Both the position numbers and the translations under genes were made by a program. Positions 46,236 through 55,712 of a stretch of DNA of 64,000 nt are shown one piece after another. Position 1 is the first letter of the stretch; the number at the start of each line of letters is the position of its first letter. The notes beneath the pieces were generated by a model that was given only the letters and a program-made list of their open reading frames with translations, did no database searches and was not told where the DNA came from. Origin of the DNA: an uncultured Candidatus Saccharibacteria bacterium (GTDB lineage Bacteria > Patescibacteriota > Minisyncoccia > Phycocordibacterales > Phycocordibacteraceae); contig CAYUQB010000002.1 in NCBI GenBank assembly GCA_964446735.1, positions 18,516-82,515 of the forward strand, read 5' to 3'.

Positions 46236-47423
46236 ATGACAACCACATTACAAAGAAACATGACACAAAACGCAACAGAAGAAAATTTCTTCACAGCGAT
46301 AGGAAACACTAAGCCCTTCTTCAAGGCAGCTTTTGAAGGAGAGCCAGGCACCGGCAAGAGCTGGAGTGCTGCATTGGTCGCTATCGGACTTCATAAGAAA
46401 ATCGGAAGTAAAAAGCCGGTTGTTCTTATCGATACCGAGAAAGCTGCGAAGTTTTTGGTCCCACTCTTTCAAGAGCATGGGATTGAAGCGATGGTGAGAG
46501 AAACGCATTCTCTCGCTGACTTGGTAACAGCTATGAGGCTCTGTACAGAAGGATATTCAGACATCATGGTGATCGATAGCATCACTCATATCTGGATGGA
46601 TTTCCAAGAGGCTTATAAGCGAAAGCTGAATAGGCAAAATTTCCAAATCCAAGACTGGATGGCAATCAAGTCTGATTGGAACAGAAATTTCTCTATCCCA
46701 TTGGTTCAGTCGCCTCTACACATTATCGCCACAGGGCGTGTGTCAGATCGAATGGAGCAAGAAATAGATGAAGATGGTCGAAAAGAGTTCACTAAGACTG
46801 GAGTAAAGATGCAGGCAGAAAAAAATGCTGCATACGAATTCGATGTCTTGGTTCTTATGGAACGCCATGAACTCATTGAGCGTAAAAAGCGTGAAGTTTG
46901 GAGACAGGCAACTGTTCTTAAGGGTCGAGGCAATCTACTTGATGGAAAGGTGTTTAAAAACCCTACATATGAGGACTTTGCACCGGCAATTGAAGCAGTT
47001 ATTAAGGATCCTGCATCTGCACGATTGAATCCAACTGAGCGTGATGCAGGTGAATTGATCCGCACAGAAGAAGATAAGCGTAAATGGGTGCTTGAAAGAA
47101 AGCGATGGCTTGAGGAGATAGAGGGATATCTTGTCTCAATTTGGCCAAGTACTGGCGCACAGGAAAAGAAAAACAAGACTGATGCGCTTGAGTATGCCTT
47201 CCAGACCCGAAGCTGGTCTGCAATTGAAGCAATGCGACCTGACGTCCTCGAGGACGGCTACGCACGAATTCAGGAGTTTGTTCAAAAGAAGATCGCTGAA
47301 ACTAAAGGCGAACTTCCTCCGGAACTGACACCTGAGCAGAAGTTCGAGAAGGATCTTAGAGATTCAAAGACAGATGAAAAGCCAAAGCGTTCTAACACTA
47401 AGGCTGTCAAAAGTGGCAAGTAA
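46236..47423 (+). CDS. phage AAA_24 / Sak4-like RecA-fold ATPase
   Basis: Walker A FEGEPGTGKSWSA, Walker B DIMVIDSITHIW, and the AAA_24 arrangement. Charged coiled C-terminal extension. Confidence 0.55.
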   Translation: MTTTLQRNMTQNATEENFFTAIGNTKPFFKAAFEGEPGTGKSWSAALVAIGLHKKIGSKKPVVLIDTEKAAKFLVPLFQEHGIEAMVRETHSLADLVTAMRLCTEGYSDIMVIDSITHIWMDFQEAYKRKLNRQNFQIQDWMAIKSDWNRNFSIPLVQSPLHIIATGRVSDRMEQEIDEDGRKEFTKTGVKMQAEKNAAYEFDVLVLMERHELIERKKREVWRQATVLKGRGNLLDGKVFKNPTYEDFAPAIEAVIKDPASARLNPTERDAGELIRTEEDKRKWVLERKRWLEEIEGYLVSIWPSTGAQEKKNKTDALEYAFQTRSWSAIEAMRPDVLEDGYARIQEFVQKKIAETKGELPPELTPEQKFEKDLRDSKTDEKPKRSNTKAVKSGK

Positions 47424-47467
47424 GTAGGTTAGCCACTGACTCAGTCCTCATCGCAGTGGCGTGAGGA

Positions 47468-48025
47468 TTGAGATCAGGGGCCAACCACCCCAACAACCCT
47501 ATGGATCAACCAAAAACCGACTTCATACCAAATAGCACTCAAATTCCAAATCTGGTCCTCGATTTTATCGTTCCTCGAATTTCAGAAGCGGAATCAAGAT
47601 GTCTTTTGTACATATGTCGTCGGACTTTTGGTTTTCATAAAGAATCTGATCGCATTAGTTTCTCTCAATTTATCGAAGGGATAAAAGATCGTAGGGGTAA
47701 TGTGCTTGATTATGGGACTGGCCTTTCAAGGCAATCAGTCGCTGCTGGCTTAAAGAATCTTGCGGCGGCCGGACTGGTCTTGGTGAGCAAAAGTAAGGGT
47801 GGAAATCTCTACAAAATAAACCTGCATATGGATGTGGATAAGGTAGTCAACTTAGTAGACCAGTCAAGAAGGTTGACCAAAAGTGGTCTAAAAAATAGAC
47901 CGAAATCGGTCTACCAAGTAGACACACAAAATCTAGGAAAAAAAGAGAAATCTAGTATTAGGGATCCTGTGAATAACTTATCCACAGAACTCAGCGAACT
48001 CACTAAAAAAATGACCATCAAATAG
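47468..48025 (+). CDS. putative phage replication initiation / winged-helix DNA-binding protein
   Basis: SEAESRCLLYICRRTFGFHKESDRISFSQFIEGI resembles the replisome-organiser/DnaD-like N-terminal HTH domain. Follows the ATPase. Confidence 0.35.
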   Translation: MRSGANHPNNPMDQPKTDFIPNSTQIPNLVLDFIVPRISEAESRCLLYICRRTFGFHKESDRISFSQFIEGIKDRRGNVLDYGTGLSRQSVAAGLKNLAAAGLVLVSKSKGGNLYKINLHMDVDKVVNLVDQSRRLTKSGLKNRPKSVYQVDTQNLGKKEKSSIRDPVNNLSTELSELTKKMTIK

Positions 48026-48028
48026 CTC

Positions 48029-48457
48029 ATGAGAAACATCAATAATCCTCGACACAAATTAACAGCATCACAGGTTCAAGAGGCACAACGCCTCTATGAG
48101 GATTATGGATGGAGGGTGAATTGGATCTCGGTTTACTTCCATATTCACCGAAGCTCAGTGATCTTTCATGCGAGATTCAACGGCTGGGTAAGGAGGATCA
48201 AAACAGCCAAGAGGATACCTGACGAAATTGCTGAGATTTATCGGGATAGGAAGAAATCAAAGTACGAGCAAAAAATGAAGGGGTCATACGAGTACATTAA
48301 GCAGTCAGCAGAACAACAAAGAGTAAAAAGTTGCGGACATATTCGATGGGTTAAGCGGTGTAGTTTGTGCGGTGAGATTCTGAGTTCTGATGCGATTTGC
48401 GAGAGGCATGAAGCGTTTGCACATAGTAATGCAACAGCTGGGTCCCGAAAGGATTAA
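48029..48457 (+). CDS. hypothetical protein with C-terminal Cys4 cluster (zinc-ribbon-like)
   Basis: CGHIRWVKRCSLCGEILSSDAICERHEAFAH; N-terminal HTH-like LTASQVQEAQRLYEDYGW. Confidence 0.3.
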   Translation: MRNINNPRHKLTASQVQEAQRLYEDYGWRVNWISVYFHIHRSSVIFHARFNGWVRRIKTAKRIPDEIAEIYRDRKKSKYEQKMKGSYEYIKQSAEQQRVKSCGHIRWVKRCSLCGEILSSDAICERHEAFAHSNATAGSRKD

Positions 48458-48475
48458 TAACATTTCAATAAAGCC

Positions 48476-48877
48476 ATGAATAAACAAAAAACAAAAATAG
48501 AAAAAGTAGAGAATCCATTGAATCTATCAGCTCGTTTTCTAGCTGCTCGACCTGATCTAGTTGGGGCGTGGATTATTGGGGCGCACGGCTTGCTTCCAAT
48601 CTTCAAGTCAAAAAGCCGAGAAGCAATCATTGCTTATCTCGATACGGTCCAAAGGGAATTCTTTACCGCTTTGAGGCATCACTGGGAAAAGGGAAATCCG
48701 GATCAGAAGCTTACTTACACTTTCGGCACTATTTGCCGGAATCGAAAGGGTGAGGAAAGGCTAGTGATTGGTGTGCTTGCTCAAAAGAATAATAAGCCGA
48801 CCTACGAGTATATGGCCGATGATGGCAAGGTTGGGGCTTGTAATGAATCAAGTATGGTTGGCTGGATGGAAAAATAA
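48476..48877 (+). CDS. hypothetical protein
   Basis: 133-aa ORF in phage operon context; no motif recognised. Confidence 0.3.
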   Translation: MNKQKTKIEKVENPLNLSARFLAARPDLVGAWIIGAHGLLPIFKSKSREAIIAYLDTVQREFFTALRHHWEKGNPDQKLTYTFGTICRNRKGEERLVIGVLAQKNNKPTYEYMADDGKVGACNESSMVGWMEK

Positions 48878-48880
48878 TTT

Positions 48881-50110
48881 ATGAAGATAGAGCTTATAAA
48901 AATTACTGAACTTAAAGCGGCTGATTATAACCCTCGAGTAATGCCCGAGGAGGAATTGGGGAAGCTGAAAAGGTCTATAACCGAGTTTGGTTTTATTGAG
49001 CCGGTTGTAGTTAATAGCAATCCGCAGAGATTGAATGTCATCATTGGTGGGCATCAGCGTGTAGAGGCTGCCCGACAACTTGGGATGACGGAGGTGCCAG
49101 TAGTTTTTCTTTCTCTAGATGTTGCAAAAGAGAAGATCCTTAACATTGCGCTCAATCGTATTCATGGGTCTTGGGATGAAGTTAAATTGGCAACTCTTTT
49201 TACTGAACTTGGTCTTGATGGATCAGTAGATATTTTGCTTGCAGGTTTTGATACTGCGGAGATCGATAAGATTCTTGATAAGGTCAATTCCAAGTCTGAG
49301 TTTGATCCTGAAAAGGAAGCGGCGGCAATTAAAGATCCTGTATCAAAGGCAGGAGAAGTTTATGAGCTTGGACCGCATAGATTGATTTGTGGTGATAGTA
49401 CGGTCCTAGAAGATTTTGAAAAGCTGATGGGAGGAAAAAAGGCAAAGGTTTGTTTTACAAGCCCGCCTTACAACATGGGCAATCAGTCTCTCTATGCCGA
49501 CTACGACGATAACTTGCCGAGCAGAGAGTATATCGAATTCAATCTTTCCATAGTTCGTAATGTTCAACAGCATCTCAAAGGATTTCTGTTTTGGAATATG
49601 AGCTATAACAAGAATTCACGCTGGGAATGGATTGAAGTATTCCATCGGATCATAAAAGAAACTGACTTTAGATTTTTAGAGTGCATTGTTTGGGATAAAG
49701 GGCATGGTCTGCCGGTTCTGAGCAAAGATGCTCTGACGAGGCAATATGAAAATATTTTAGTTGCTGAAAATCAGGATGACCCGAAGGATATTGATTTTGT
49801 TTTTATTGGAGCGAATCAAAAAGCAGTCTTTCATAAGGGTCATAAAAAGAAGCTCACTAACTATTGGTATTTCAGTACACAAAATACTCAGATTGAAGGG
49901 CATGGTGCCTGTTTTCCAGTCGAGTTACCAAAACGTGCGATTGAATTGATGACTGATCGTGGAGATATCGTTTTGGATCCTTTTGGAGGGTCCGGATCAA
50001 CCCTCATTGCGGCCGAGCAATGCGGCAGAGTGGCGTATCTCGTTGAGAAAAGCCCACTCTTTTGTGATGTGATCCGTAAACGATATGAGCAATACACCAA
50101 ACAAAGCTGA
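48881..50110 (+). CDS. ParB-like nuclease domain fused to beta-class N6-adenine/N4-cytosine DNA methyltransferase
   Basis: N-terminal ParB/Srx-like region (GGHQRVEAARQLG). FTSPPYNMG (motif IV SPPY) and DPFGGSGSTLIAAEQCGR (motif I). Order IV then I indicates a beta-class amino-MTase. Confidence 0.8.
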   Translation: MKIELIKITELKAADYNPRVMPEEELGKLKRSITEFGFIEPVVVNSNPQRLNVIIGGHQRVEAARQLGMTEVPVVFLSLDVAKEKILNIALNRIHGSWDEVKLATLFTELGLDGSVDILLAGFDTAEIDKILDKVNSKSEFDPEKEAAAIKDPVSKAGEVYELGPHRLICGDSTVLEDFEKLMGGKKAKVCFTSPPYNMGNQSLYADYDDNLPSREYIEFNLSIVRNVQQHLKGFLFWNMSYNKNSRWEWIEVFHRIIKETDFRFLECIVWDKGHGLPVLSKDALTRQYENILVAENQDDPKDIDFVFIGANQKAVFHKGHKKKLTNYWYFSTQNTQIEGHGACFPVELPKRAIELMTDRGDIVLDPFGGSGSTLIAAEQCGRVAYLVEKSPLFCDVIRKRYEQYTKQS

Positions 50111-50762
50111 AATAGAGCCAAAAATGAACGCACAGCAGTTTGAGATATTTCTCAAGTACTGGGGCATGGGTAGGGATAGAAGTCTCGTAAAACTGCATGA
50201 GCAGATACACCACGACTACACCACCGCTACACCAAAAAAGAGGGTGCCTTCGATCGACACTTTCAAGCTTTGGTCAATCAAATTTGATTGGCAAAAGCAG
50301 ATCATTGAGATGGATGATGAGGCGAATAAACAGGTGCTTCTTGATGCTATGGGTGCAGCTCGTGAAGCTCGCACAGATATTCTCAAAATCTTCAAAGCTG
50401 TGGTGATGAAGTTTGCTATGCAAATGAAGGATCACAAAGATAAAGAGATTACATCAATGGATGTTTATTCCTTTTGGAAGATGGCAAGAATTGAGATGAA
50501 TCTTCCATCTGATAGACCTGATCTCACATCGGGCAACAAGCCCTTTGGGGGAGATAAAAATGTTTCTCCTGAGGAGGACAATCGAATATTCGATTTGTTC
50601 AGTCCGAAGGATTGGCCGGTCGAACCAATAAAGCAAGAAAAAGTATTAACCAAAGAAAATGCAAAACCAGAGACCAACAAAGATGATGGAAAAGATAACG
50701 CCGGAGGGACTGATGTTCCTGAAGAACAGCAGTCGGGAAGCGCGTACGAAAGCAGCAAGTAA
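50085..50762 (+). CDS. putative terminase small subunit
   Basis: 225 aa, position immediately 5' of TerL; N-terminal HTH-like segment; acidic C-terminus. No diagnostic motif. Confidence 0.35.
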   Translation: MSNTPNKAEIEPKMNAQQFEIFLKYWGMGRDRSLVKLHEQIHHDYTTATPKKRVPSIDTFKLWSIKFDWQKQIIEMDDEANKQVLLDAMGAAREARTDILKIFKAVVMKFAMQMKDHKDKEITSMDVYSFWKMARIEMNLPSDRPDLTSGNKPFGGDKNVSPEEDNRIFDLFSPKDWPVEPIKQEKVLTKENAKPETNKDDGKDNAGGTDVPEEQQSGSAYESSK

Positions 50763-52341
50763 GCATTTCGGATATTTTCTCACCTACTACTTGCCACATT
50801 ATGTGCGTAGTGAGTTTTCGTCATTTCATTACGACATGATGGGTGATGTTCATGATCTCTTGGATTTTAGGATAAGAGAGCTTGCGTGGTTTATGTTCGG
50901 TGAGAGTGCAAAGACAAGTTTTGCCAAAGCTCTTATCCTCTACATGATTGCCTATGATATTGAGCCGTATATAAATGCCGATGCTTTTGATAGCACCAAC
51001 TCAGAGCGTGTCCTGTTCGATGTGGTTTGGGAGCTACAAAAGAATAAAAGGTATCGTGATGATTTCGGTGAAAAATACAACACAGCTCGGAGTAGAGATG
51101 AAGTAACTCAAAAAAGAATAAAAGATTTCATCACAAATCCTATTCGTGACCTTGAAAATAATATTGTTCAAGAGGGTATTCGTGTTGAAGCACATAGTAC
51201 TCAAGAAAGTGTGCGAGGGCGTGTGCATGGAGCAATGCGTCCTGGGTTTGTTTTGCTTGATGATTTTGAAACAAAGAAAACTTTGAGGAGTGAAGTGTCT
51301 ACAAAGCAGATCAGAACTCATATACAAGAATTTAAGCGTGGTCTTGATTCAAGAAGGCGTAGAGTTCTTTATCTTGGAAATATTTTAAGCGAGTATGGAA
51401 ATGTTCAAAGCGTAATCGAACGATCAAAGACCGATCATGAGTTGAGGGTCCGTATTGTGCCTATTTGTGAAGGAACACTTATGGGTGGTTTGCATACTCC
51501 AAGTTGGCCGGAACGATGGGTGTTGACCGATAAAGATGCTGAAGCAACTGGCAAGTTGAGTATTGAGGCAAAGAAAAGATCTATGTGGACACCTGAGGAG
51601 GGTGATTTTGATTTTCAAGCGGAGATGTTGTGTCAGCCGATTGATGAGGCAAAATCGTTGTTTAAGAAAGATTGGTTTATGCCAATTACTTGGGATGCCT
51701 TGATGCAAAAGAAATTGGCGGCTTACGTTACTCTCGATACTCCAAGCAGAAAAGAAGATGGGGTAGTAAATGCAGGTGGAGATTTTGTCGGTTTTTGTGT
51801 GAATTGGGTTGACCGAGAGGGGAAATGGCATATCAAAGCGTGGCGTGAAAAATTGGGACCTACTGGAATTATTGAAAAAATGTTTGGGGTCTATGCCTTT
51901 TTGATTCAAGCTGGTACGCCGCCAATAAAGTTTGGTTGGGAAGATACAGCTTTTACTCGTGGGCTTGAGCCGATGCTCAGACATGAGCAGCGTATGCGAC
52001 AGACATTCTTGCCTCTTATGTGGTTGAAACATGAGGGTAGATCTAAAGAGGATCGTATTCGTACTGGTTTGCTCTATCGATACGAAACACGAAGCATTTA
52101 TCACCTACAAGGTGAGTGTAGTGATCTTGAGAATGAGTTGATTCGTTTTCCGGATGCAGAACATGACGATACAAGTGATGCAACTGCGTATCAGAGTGAT
52201 ATTGCTCGGCCAGCTGGTACTGAAAAGCCACGAGATCCAAGACCTGAGAGGGTGATTGAGACTGCTTACGGCAAGGTTAAACCGGCATATGAGGATGAGA
52301 TTGATGATCTTGGGCCTCAATACCCCGACATTGGAATCTAA
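50659..52341 (+). CDS. terL: terminase large subunit
   Basis: ATPase region FHYDMMGDVHDLLD...WFMFGESAKTSFAK (deviant Walker A of Terminase_6-type TerL), C-terminal nuclease-like acidic residues (DAEHDDTSD). Start ambiguous (50659/50683/50713); overlaps TerS. Confidence 0.65.
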   Translation: MQNQRPTKMMEKITPEGLMFLKNSSREARTKAASKHFGYFLTYYLPHYVRSEFSSFHYDMMGDVHDLLDFRIRELAWFMFGESAKTSFAKALILYMIAYDIEPYINADAFDSTNSERVLFDVVWELQKNKRYRDDFGEKYNTARSRDEVTQKRIKDFITNPIRDLENNIVQEGIRVEAHSTQESVRGRVHGAMRPGFVLLDDFETKKTLRSEVSTKQIRTHIQEFKRGLDSRRRRVLYLGNILSEYGNVQSVIERSKTDHELRVRIVPICEGTLMGGLHTPSWPERWVLTDKDAEATGKLSIEAKKRSMWTPEEGDFDFQAEMLCQPIDEAKSLFKKDWFMPITWDALMQKKLAAYVTLDTPSRKEDGVVNAGGDFVGFCVNWVDREGKWHIKAWREKLGPTGIIEKMFGVYAFLIQAGTPPIKFGWEDTAFTRGLEPMLRHEQRMRQTFLPLMWLKHEGRSKEDRIRTGLLYRYETRSIYHLQGECSDLENELIRFPDAEHDDTSDATAYQSDIARPAGTEKPRDPRPERVIETAYGKVKPAYEDEIDDLGPQYPDIGI

Positions 52342-52347
52342 AAGAAA

Positions 52348-52375
52348 AGTAATGCACTCAATTTTGCATTTTTTG
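52348..52375 (+). repeat. phage intergenic motif AGTAATGCA-N8-TGCATTTTTT, copy 1 (before portal gene)
   Basis: AGTAATGCACTCAATTTTGCATTTTTTG; small stem AATGCA/TGCATT plus T-tract. Recurs at 55596 and 60476. Confidence 0.6.
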
Positions 52376-52395
52376 AAGGTGATACTGAAATCAAC

Positions 52396-54420
52396 ATGGC
52401 ATTAGCCCACTATAAGAAAAGAGAGGAATTAGCAAAACAGGCTCTCAAAGAGATCGATTATTCGTATCGCTACAAGAAAGCTCGCATGACTTCGTGGAAT
52501 AAGAACGAGGACATGATGAATCCGGACCGAATAAATCCATCAGTAGTTTCTCCGTATGGTGGTAGTACTTATCAGCAACAGCAAGGAGATACTCGAGCGC
52601 AAGTGCCTCTCTACAAGATGCACGGATTTGTTCACACCATCCTTTCAAAGATTGATAGTCCATTAACTTTTAAATATGTGAAGGGTGAATCGGCTGATTT
52701 GAAGAAATCTAAGCTGATGAACGCAATAAAAGATAAGGATTCAAAAGTCGGCAGGTGGAATTTTAAGGATCTGATGGGAAAGCGTGATGCGGCGATTTAT
52801 GGACGCACGATGTACCTTTACATGTCTAGAAATGATAAGGGTGTTTATCGAAGTATCTTGAATCTCATAGATCCGAAAGACTTTTTGATTGATCCTGATG
52901 TTGGTGGTCTATGTACTGAGGAAGAAGATGGGAGTGGAATTGAAAAAGCTCTTTATCTTGGCTGGTGGAATACAAAGATTTCTCGTGCCCAACTCCAAAA
53001 AGGTATTAAGGACGGTATTTATTACAAGAAAGTTGTTGAAGGGTTGCTCGATGGTGGTACTAACACCACTACGAAAACTCAACAGGACATTGATAAAGAT
53101 AATCGAAAGATTAGTGGCGCACCAAGAGAGCGTTTTAAGAATGAAAATCAATTTATTTTTTATACTTGGATCACTACAGACGAGAATGATGATCGCTACT
53201 ATCTAGTTCTCACTCCATCAGGTGATTGTATTCGTTGTGAGCCGTGGACTGATGTAAGAAAAAGTGGAAAATATCCTATTTGGACATGGGCGGCATTTCC
53301 TGATCCTCGTGAGTTTTGGACACCATCATATTGTGATTTTGCTCGTGGCATTTTCATGGCTCAAGAAAAGAGTATCAACCAATCACTTGATAACTCTGAG
53401 CAGATAAATCGTCCTCAAACTGCTGTGAATGTTGATTATGTGAGGAACTTAGCACAAGTTCGTTATCGCAAGGACGGCTATATTGAGATCGAAGGAAATA
53501 TTGATGTAAATAAAGTTCTACAGACTAGGCAAACACCACCAATTGAGGGTCCATTTAAGGTTTACGACAAGCTTGAGCAGATCGTTGAATCAGAAAGTGG
53601 CGTTACTGCCGATGTGAAGGGAACAAGTGATGAAGATACGCTTGGCATCTATGAGGGCAACCTGATGCAAGCCGGTGATCGCTTTGGTCTTTTGAATAAA
53701 AGTTACGCAGAAGGCTATTACCGATTTGCTGTATTGCACAAAGAGGGTGTCATGCAGGATCTCAAAAAGAAAATGGCCGTTCAGATTCTCGGTCCTATGG
53801 GTCTTGAAATTGAAATGGTCAGCTCGAGAGATTTGAAACCGTTTAGAGATGACTATGACATTCTCGTTGAATCAAGTATTGCTGAGGCTCAGAGTAATTT
53901 GGCAGATAGTAAAAATAAACTCACATTTCTTGGAGCGTATAAAGGCGATCAAACTATAAATCAGAAAGTTTTGTTTGAAACTCAGGCAACTATTGCTGGT
54001 GTTGATGATGACACTATCAAGCGATTACTCGATACGAGTGATTACGATGCTATCGAAGTTGTGGCTCAGGCAGATGAGGCATTTCAGATCATTATTGGTG
54101 GCGATAAAGCTCCTCTCTACAAAGATGCAAATACTGCTTTCCTTCAACGCATCCATGATCTCTCGGATAAATACGATCACGAACTTAGTACCGAACAACA
54201 TAACGCTGTATTTGCTTACATCGACGAGATAACGCCGATTGTTGAGAAAAATGCAGCTCGTTCGGTGATGGCACAGGCAGCAAAAGAAGGCTTGATCAGC
54301 GGAAGGGGTCGGATGGTCGATGGAGCCGATCTCGAAAATCCTGATCTTGCCGCAACTGGAGCTGTCCGTCTCGGAGATCCGGGAGCGGAAGCGGCAGAAA
54401 CCGCAGCATTATCAAAATAA
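52396..54420 (+). CDS. putative portal protein
   Basis: 674-aa ORF directly downstream of terL; size and position typical of portal. No motif confirmation. Confidence 0.45.
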   Translation: MALAHYKKREELAKQALKEIDYSYRYKKARMTSWNKNEDMMNPDRINPSVVSPYGGSTYQQQQGDTRAQVPLYKMHGFVHTILSKIDSPLTFKYVKGESADLKKSKLMNAIKDKDSKVGRWNFKDLMGKRDAAIYGRTMYLYMSRNDKGVYRSILNLIDPKDFLIDPDVGGLCTEEEDGSGIEKALYLGWWNTKISRAQLQKGIKDGIYYKKVVEGLLDGGTNTTTKTQQDIDKDNRKISGAPRERFKNENQFIFYTWITTDENDDRYYLVLTPSGDCIRCEPWTDVRKSGKYPIWTWAAFPDPREFWTPSYCDFARGIFMAQEKSINQSLDNSEQINRPQTAVNVDYVRNLAQVRYRKDGYIEIEGNIDVNKVLQTRQTPPIEGPFKVYDKLEQIVESESGVTADVKGTSDEDTLGIYEGNLMQAGDRFGLLNKSYAEGYYRFAVLHKEGVMQDLKKKMAVQILGPMGLEIEMVSSRDLKPFRDDYDILVESSIAEAQSNLADSKNKLTFLGAYKGDQTINQKVLFETQATIAGVDDDTIKRLLDTSDYDAIEVVAQADEAFQIIIGGDKAPLYKDANTAFLQRIHDLSDKYDHELSTEQHNAVFAYIDEITPIVEKNAARSVMAQAAKEGLISGRGRMVDGADLENPDLAATGAVRLGDPGAEAAETAALSK

Positions 54421-54436
54421 TTAACTAAATTAACTT

Positions 54437-54772
54437 ATGTCTGAATCAAACAATGTGAAATTCGTAGAATCTGATGGTAAATGGCTCTGGAAGCTCTATG
54501 GGGTTGACGGATCTGTTATTCATCGCAGTAATCTGTTCGATACTGAGCAGGAAGCAAGGGCTGATCATGAGGCTTATGGCAATGGGGTAGGCTCATCTAC
54601 TGCCGAAGGGGCAAACACGGCTCCAGAAGCTCCCCAGCAAGCCACAGAGGGGGTCCCAACTGCTCCTCAGGATGATCTTGGGGCTGGATCTGCTGGTCCT
54701 GCTGAAGAAAATGCCGGTCTTGACAAAACTGTTGGAGAATCGGCTGATACCTTGAATAATCCTGATGCTTAA
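54437..54772 (+). CDS. DUF1508 (YegP-like) domain protein
   Basis: VKFVESDGKWLWKLYGVDGSVIHRSNLFDTEQEARADHEAY fits the YegP/DUF1508 repeat (F.i..d..G.wRwrL...NG.ii..Se.Y.s...a). Confidence 0.45.
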   Translation: MSESNNVKFVESDGKWLWKLYGVDGSVIHRSNLFDTEQEARADHEAYGNGVGSSTAEGANTAPEAPQQATEGVPTAPQDDLGAGSAGPAEENAGLDKTVGESADTLNNPDA

Positions 54773-55139
54773 ATTCTCTTACAAAATCAAAAAGCGATCG
54801 AGAGATAAGGGTGATCATAGAATCACTAAGCATGGTCAAGTTGCAGAGTTCTCTTTGCGAGAAATCAATCGCAACATTGAACAAATGCGAAAGCAGGTTA
54901 AGGAAATGGAGGCAAATGCTCGTTTGCAAGAAAGTCTTGCTGAGAATATTCGCCGATCTAATCCTGATCTGGTCTCTTATATGAAAAAGCTGTCTCCGAA
55001 AAAGCGACATGCTTTGACGATGCTTGCGATTCAAGAGAATAAGGCAAAACAGTTCAAGGATCAGGAAAAGGAATCAAAGCGGATTCTCAAAACTATTATC
55101 AGAGAGGACCAAGAAGTCCGTAACCAATTAAAGCTATGA
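54765..55139 (+). CDS. hypothetical coiled-coil protein
   Basis: 124 aa, K/E/Q-rich heptad-like. Confidence 0.3.
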   Translation: MLKFSYKIKKRSRDKGDHRITKHGQVAEFSLREINRNIEQMRKQVKEMEANARLQESLAENIRRSNPDLVSYMKKLSPKKRHALTMLAIQENKAKQFKDQEKESKRILKTIIREDQEVRNQLKL

Positions 55140-55546
55140 ACGAAAGCGAACAAGAGCAATCACAGCAAGAAGCGGAGCCGGTGCTAACTGGTCCTCATAA
55201 TGCTGAACAGGAGGCGGATCAAGAAAAGCAAGAAGCTGATGAAGCTGAAGTTGAAGAATTAAATCATGCCATCGATGTAACCAATGATTTGGTGTCGTGG
55301 TCTAAAACTCCGGCAGGAAAAGACACTATTGAGCGTCTTCAAAATGAATCTCGAAAGGCAATGAATGAGTTGTTTGCCGTGCTACATGAAAGTCCTGAGC
55401 TTGGCAAACTTATATCTGTAATTGCTCGATTTGAAGCATCAGTACAAATGCTTAGGCGTTTTATTGGTGCCGATGAAGATCTTGATGTGTTACTTAATGA
55501 GTTGGCACGAAAAAGACCGAGTGCATCAGCTGAAGCATCAAAGTAA
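55136..55546 (+). CDS. hypothetical acidic protein
   Basis: 136 aa, E/Q/D-rich N-terminus; start overlaps upstream stop. Confidence 0.3.
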   Translation: MNESEQEQSQQEAEPVLTGPHNAEQEADQEKQEADEAEVEELNHAIDVTNDLVSWSKTPAGKDTIERLQNESRKAMNELFAVLHESPELGKLISVIARFEASVQMLRRFIGADEDLDVLLNELARKRPSASAEASK

Positions 55547-55564
55547 AGAAATTGTAAAGAAAAA

Positions 55565-55591
55565 TCACCGCTTAGTCGGTGGTTTTTCTTT
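55565..55591 (+). terminator. rho-independent terminator
   Basis: CACCG-CTTAGT-CGGTG then GTTTTTCTTTT. Confidence 0.45.
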
Positions 55592-55595
55592 TGAT

Positions 55596-55623
55596 AAGTA
55601 ATGCAACATATTGTGCATTTTTT
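55596..55623 (+). repeat. phage intergenic motif, copy 2 (before scaffold-like gene)
   Basis: AGTAATGCAACATATTGTGCATTTTTTG. Confidence 0.6.
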
Positions 55624-55712
55624 GTAGATCACACTTATCAGCATAGAGGGGCCAACCTCTTTTATTAAAAAGGTTAATGCGCTAGTGCTTAGCGTTTCCA
55701 AATGAAGCACCG

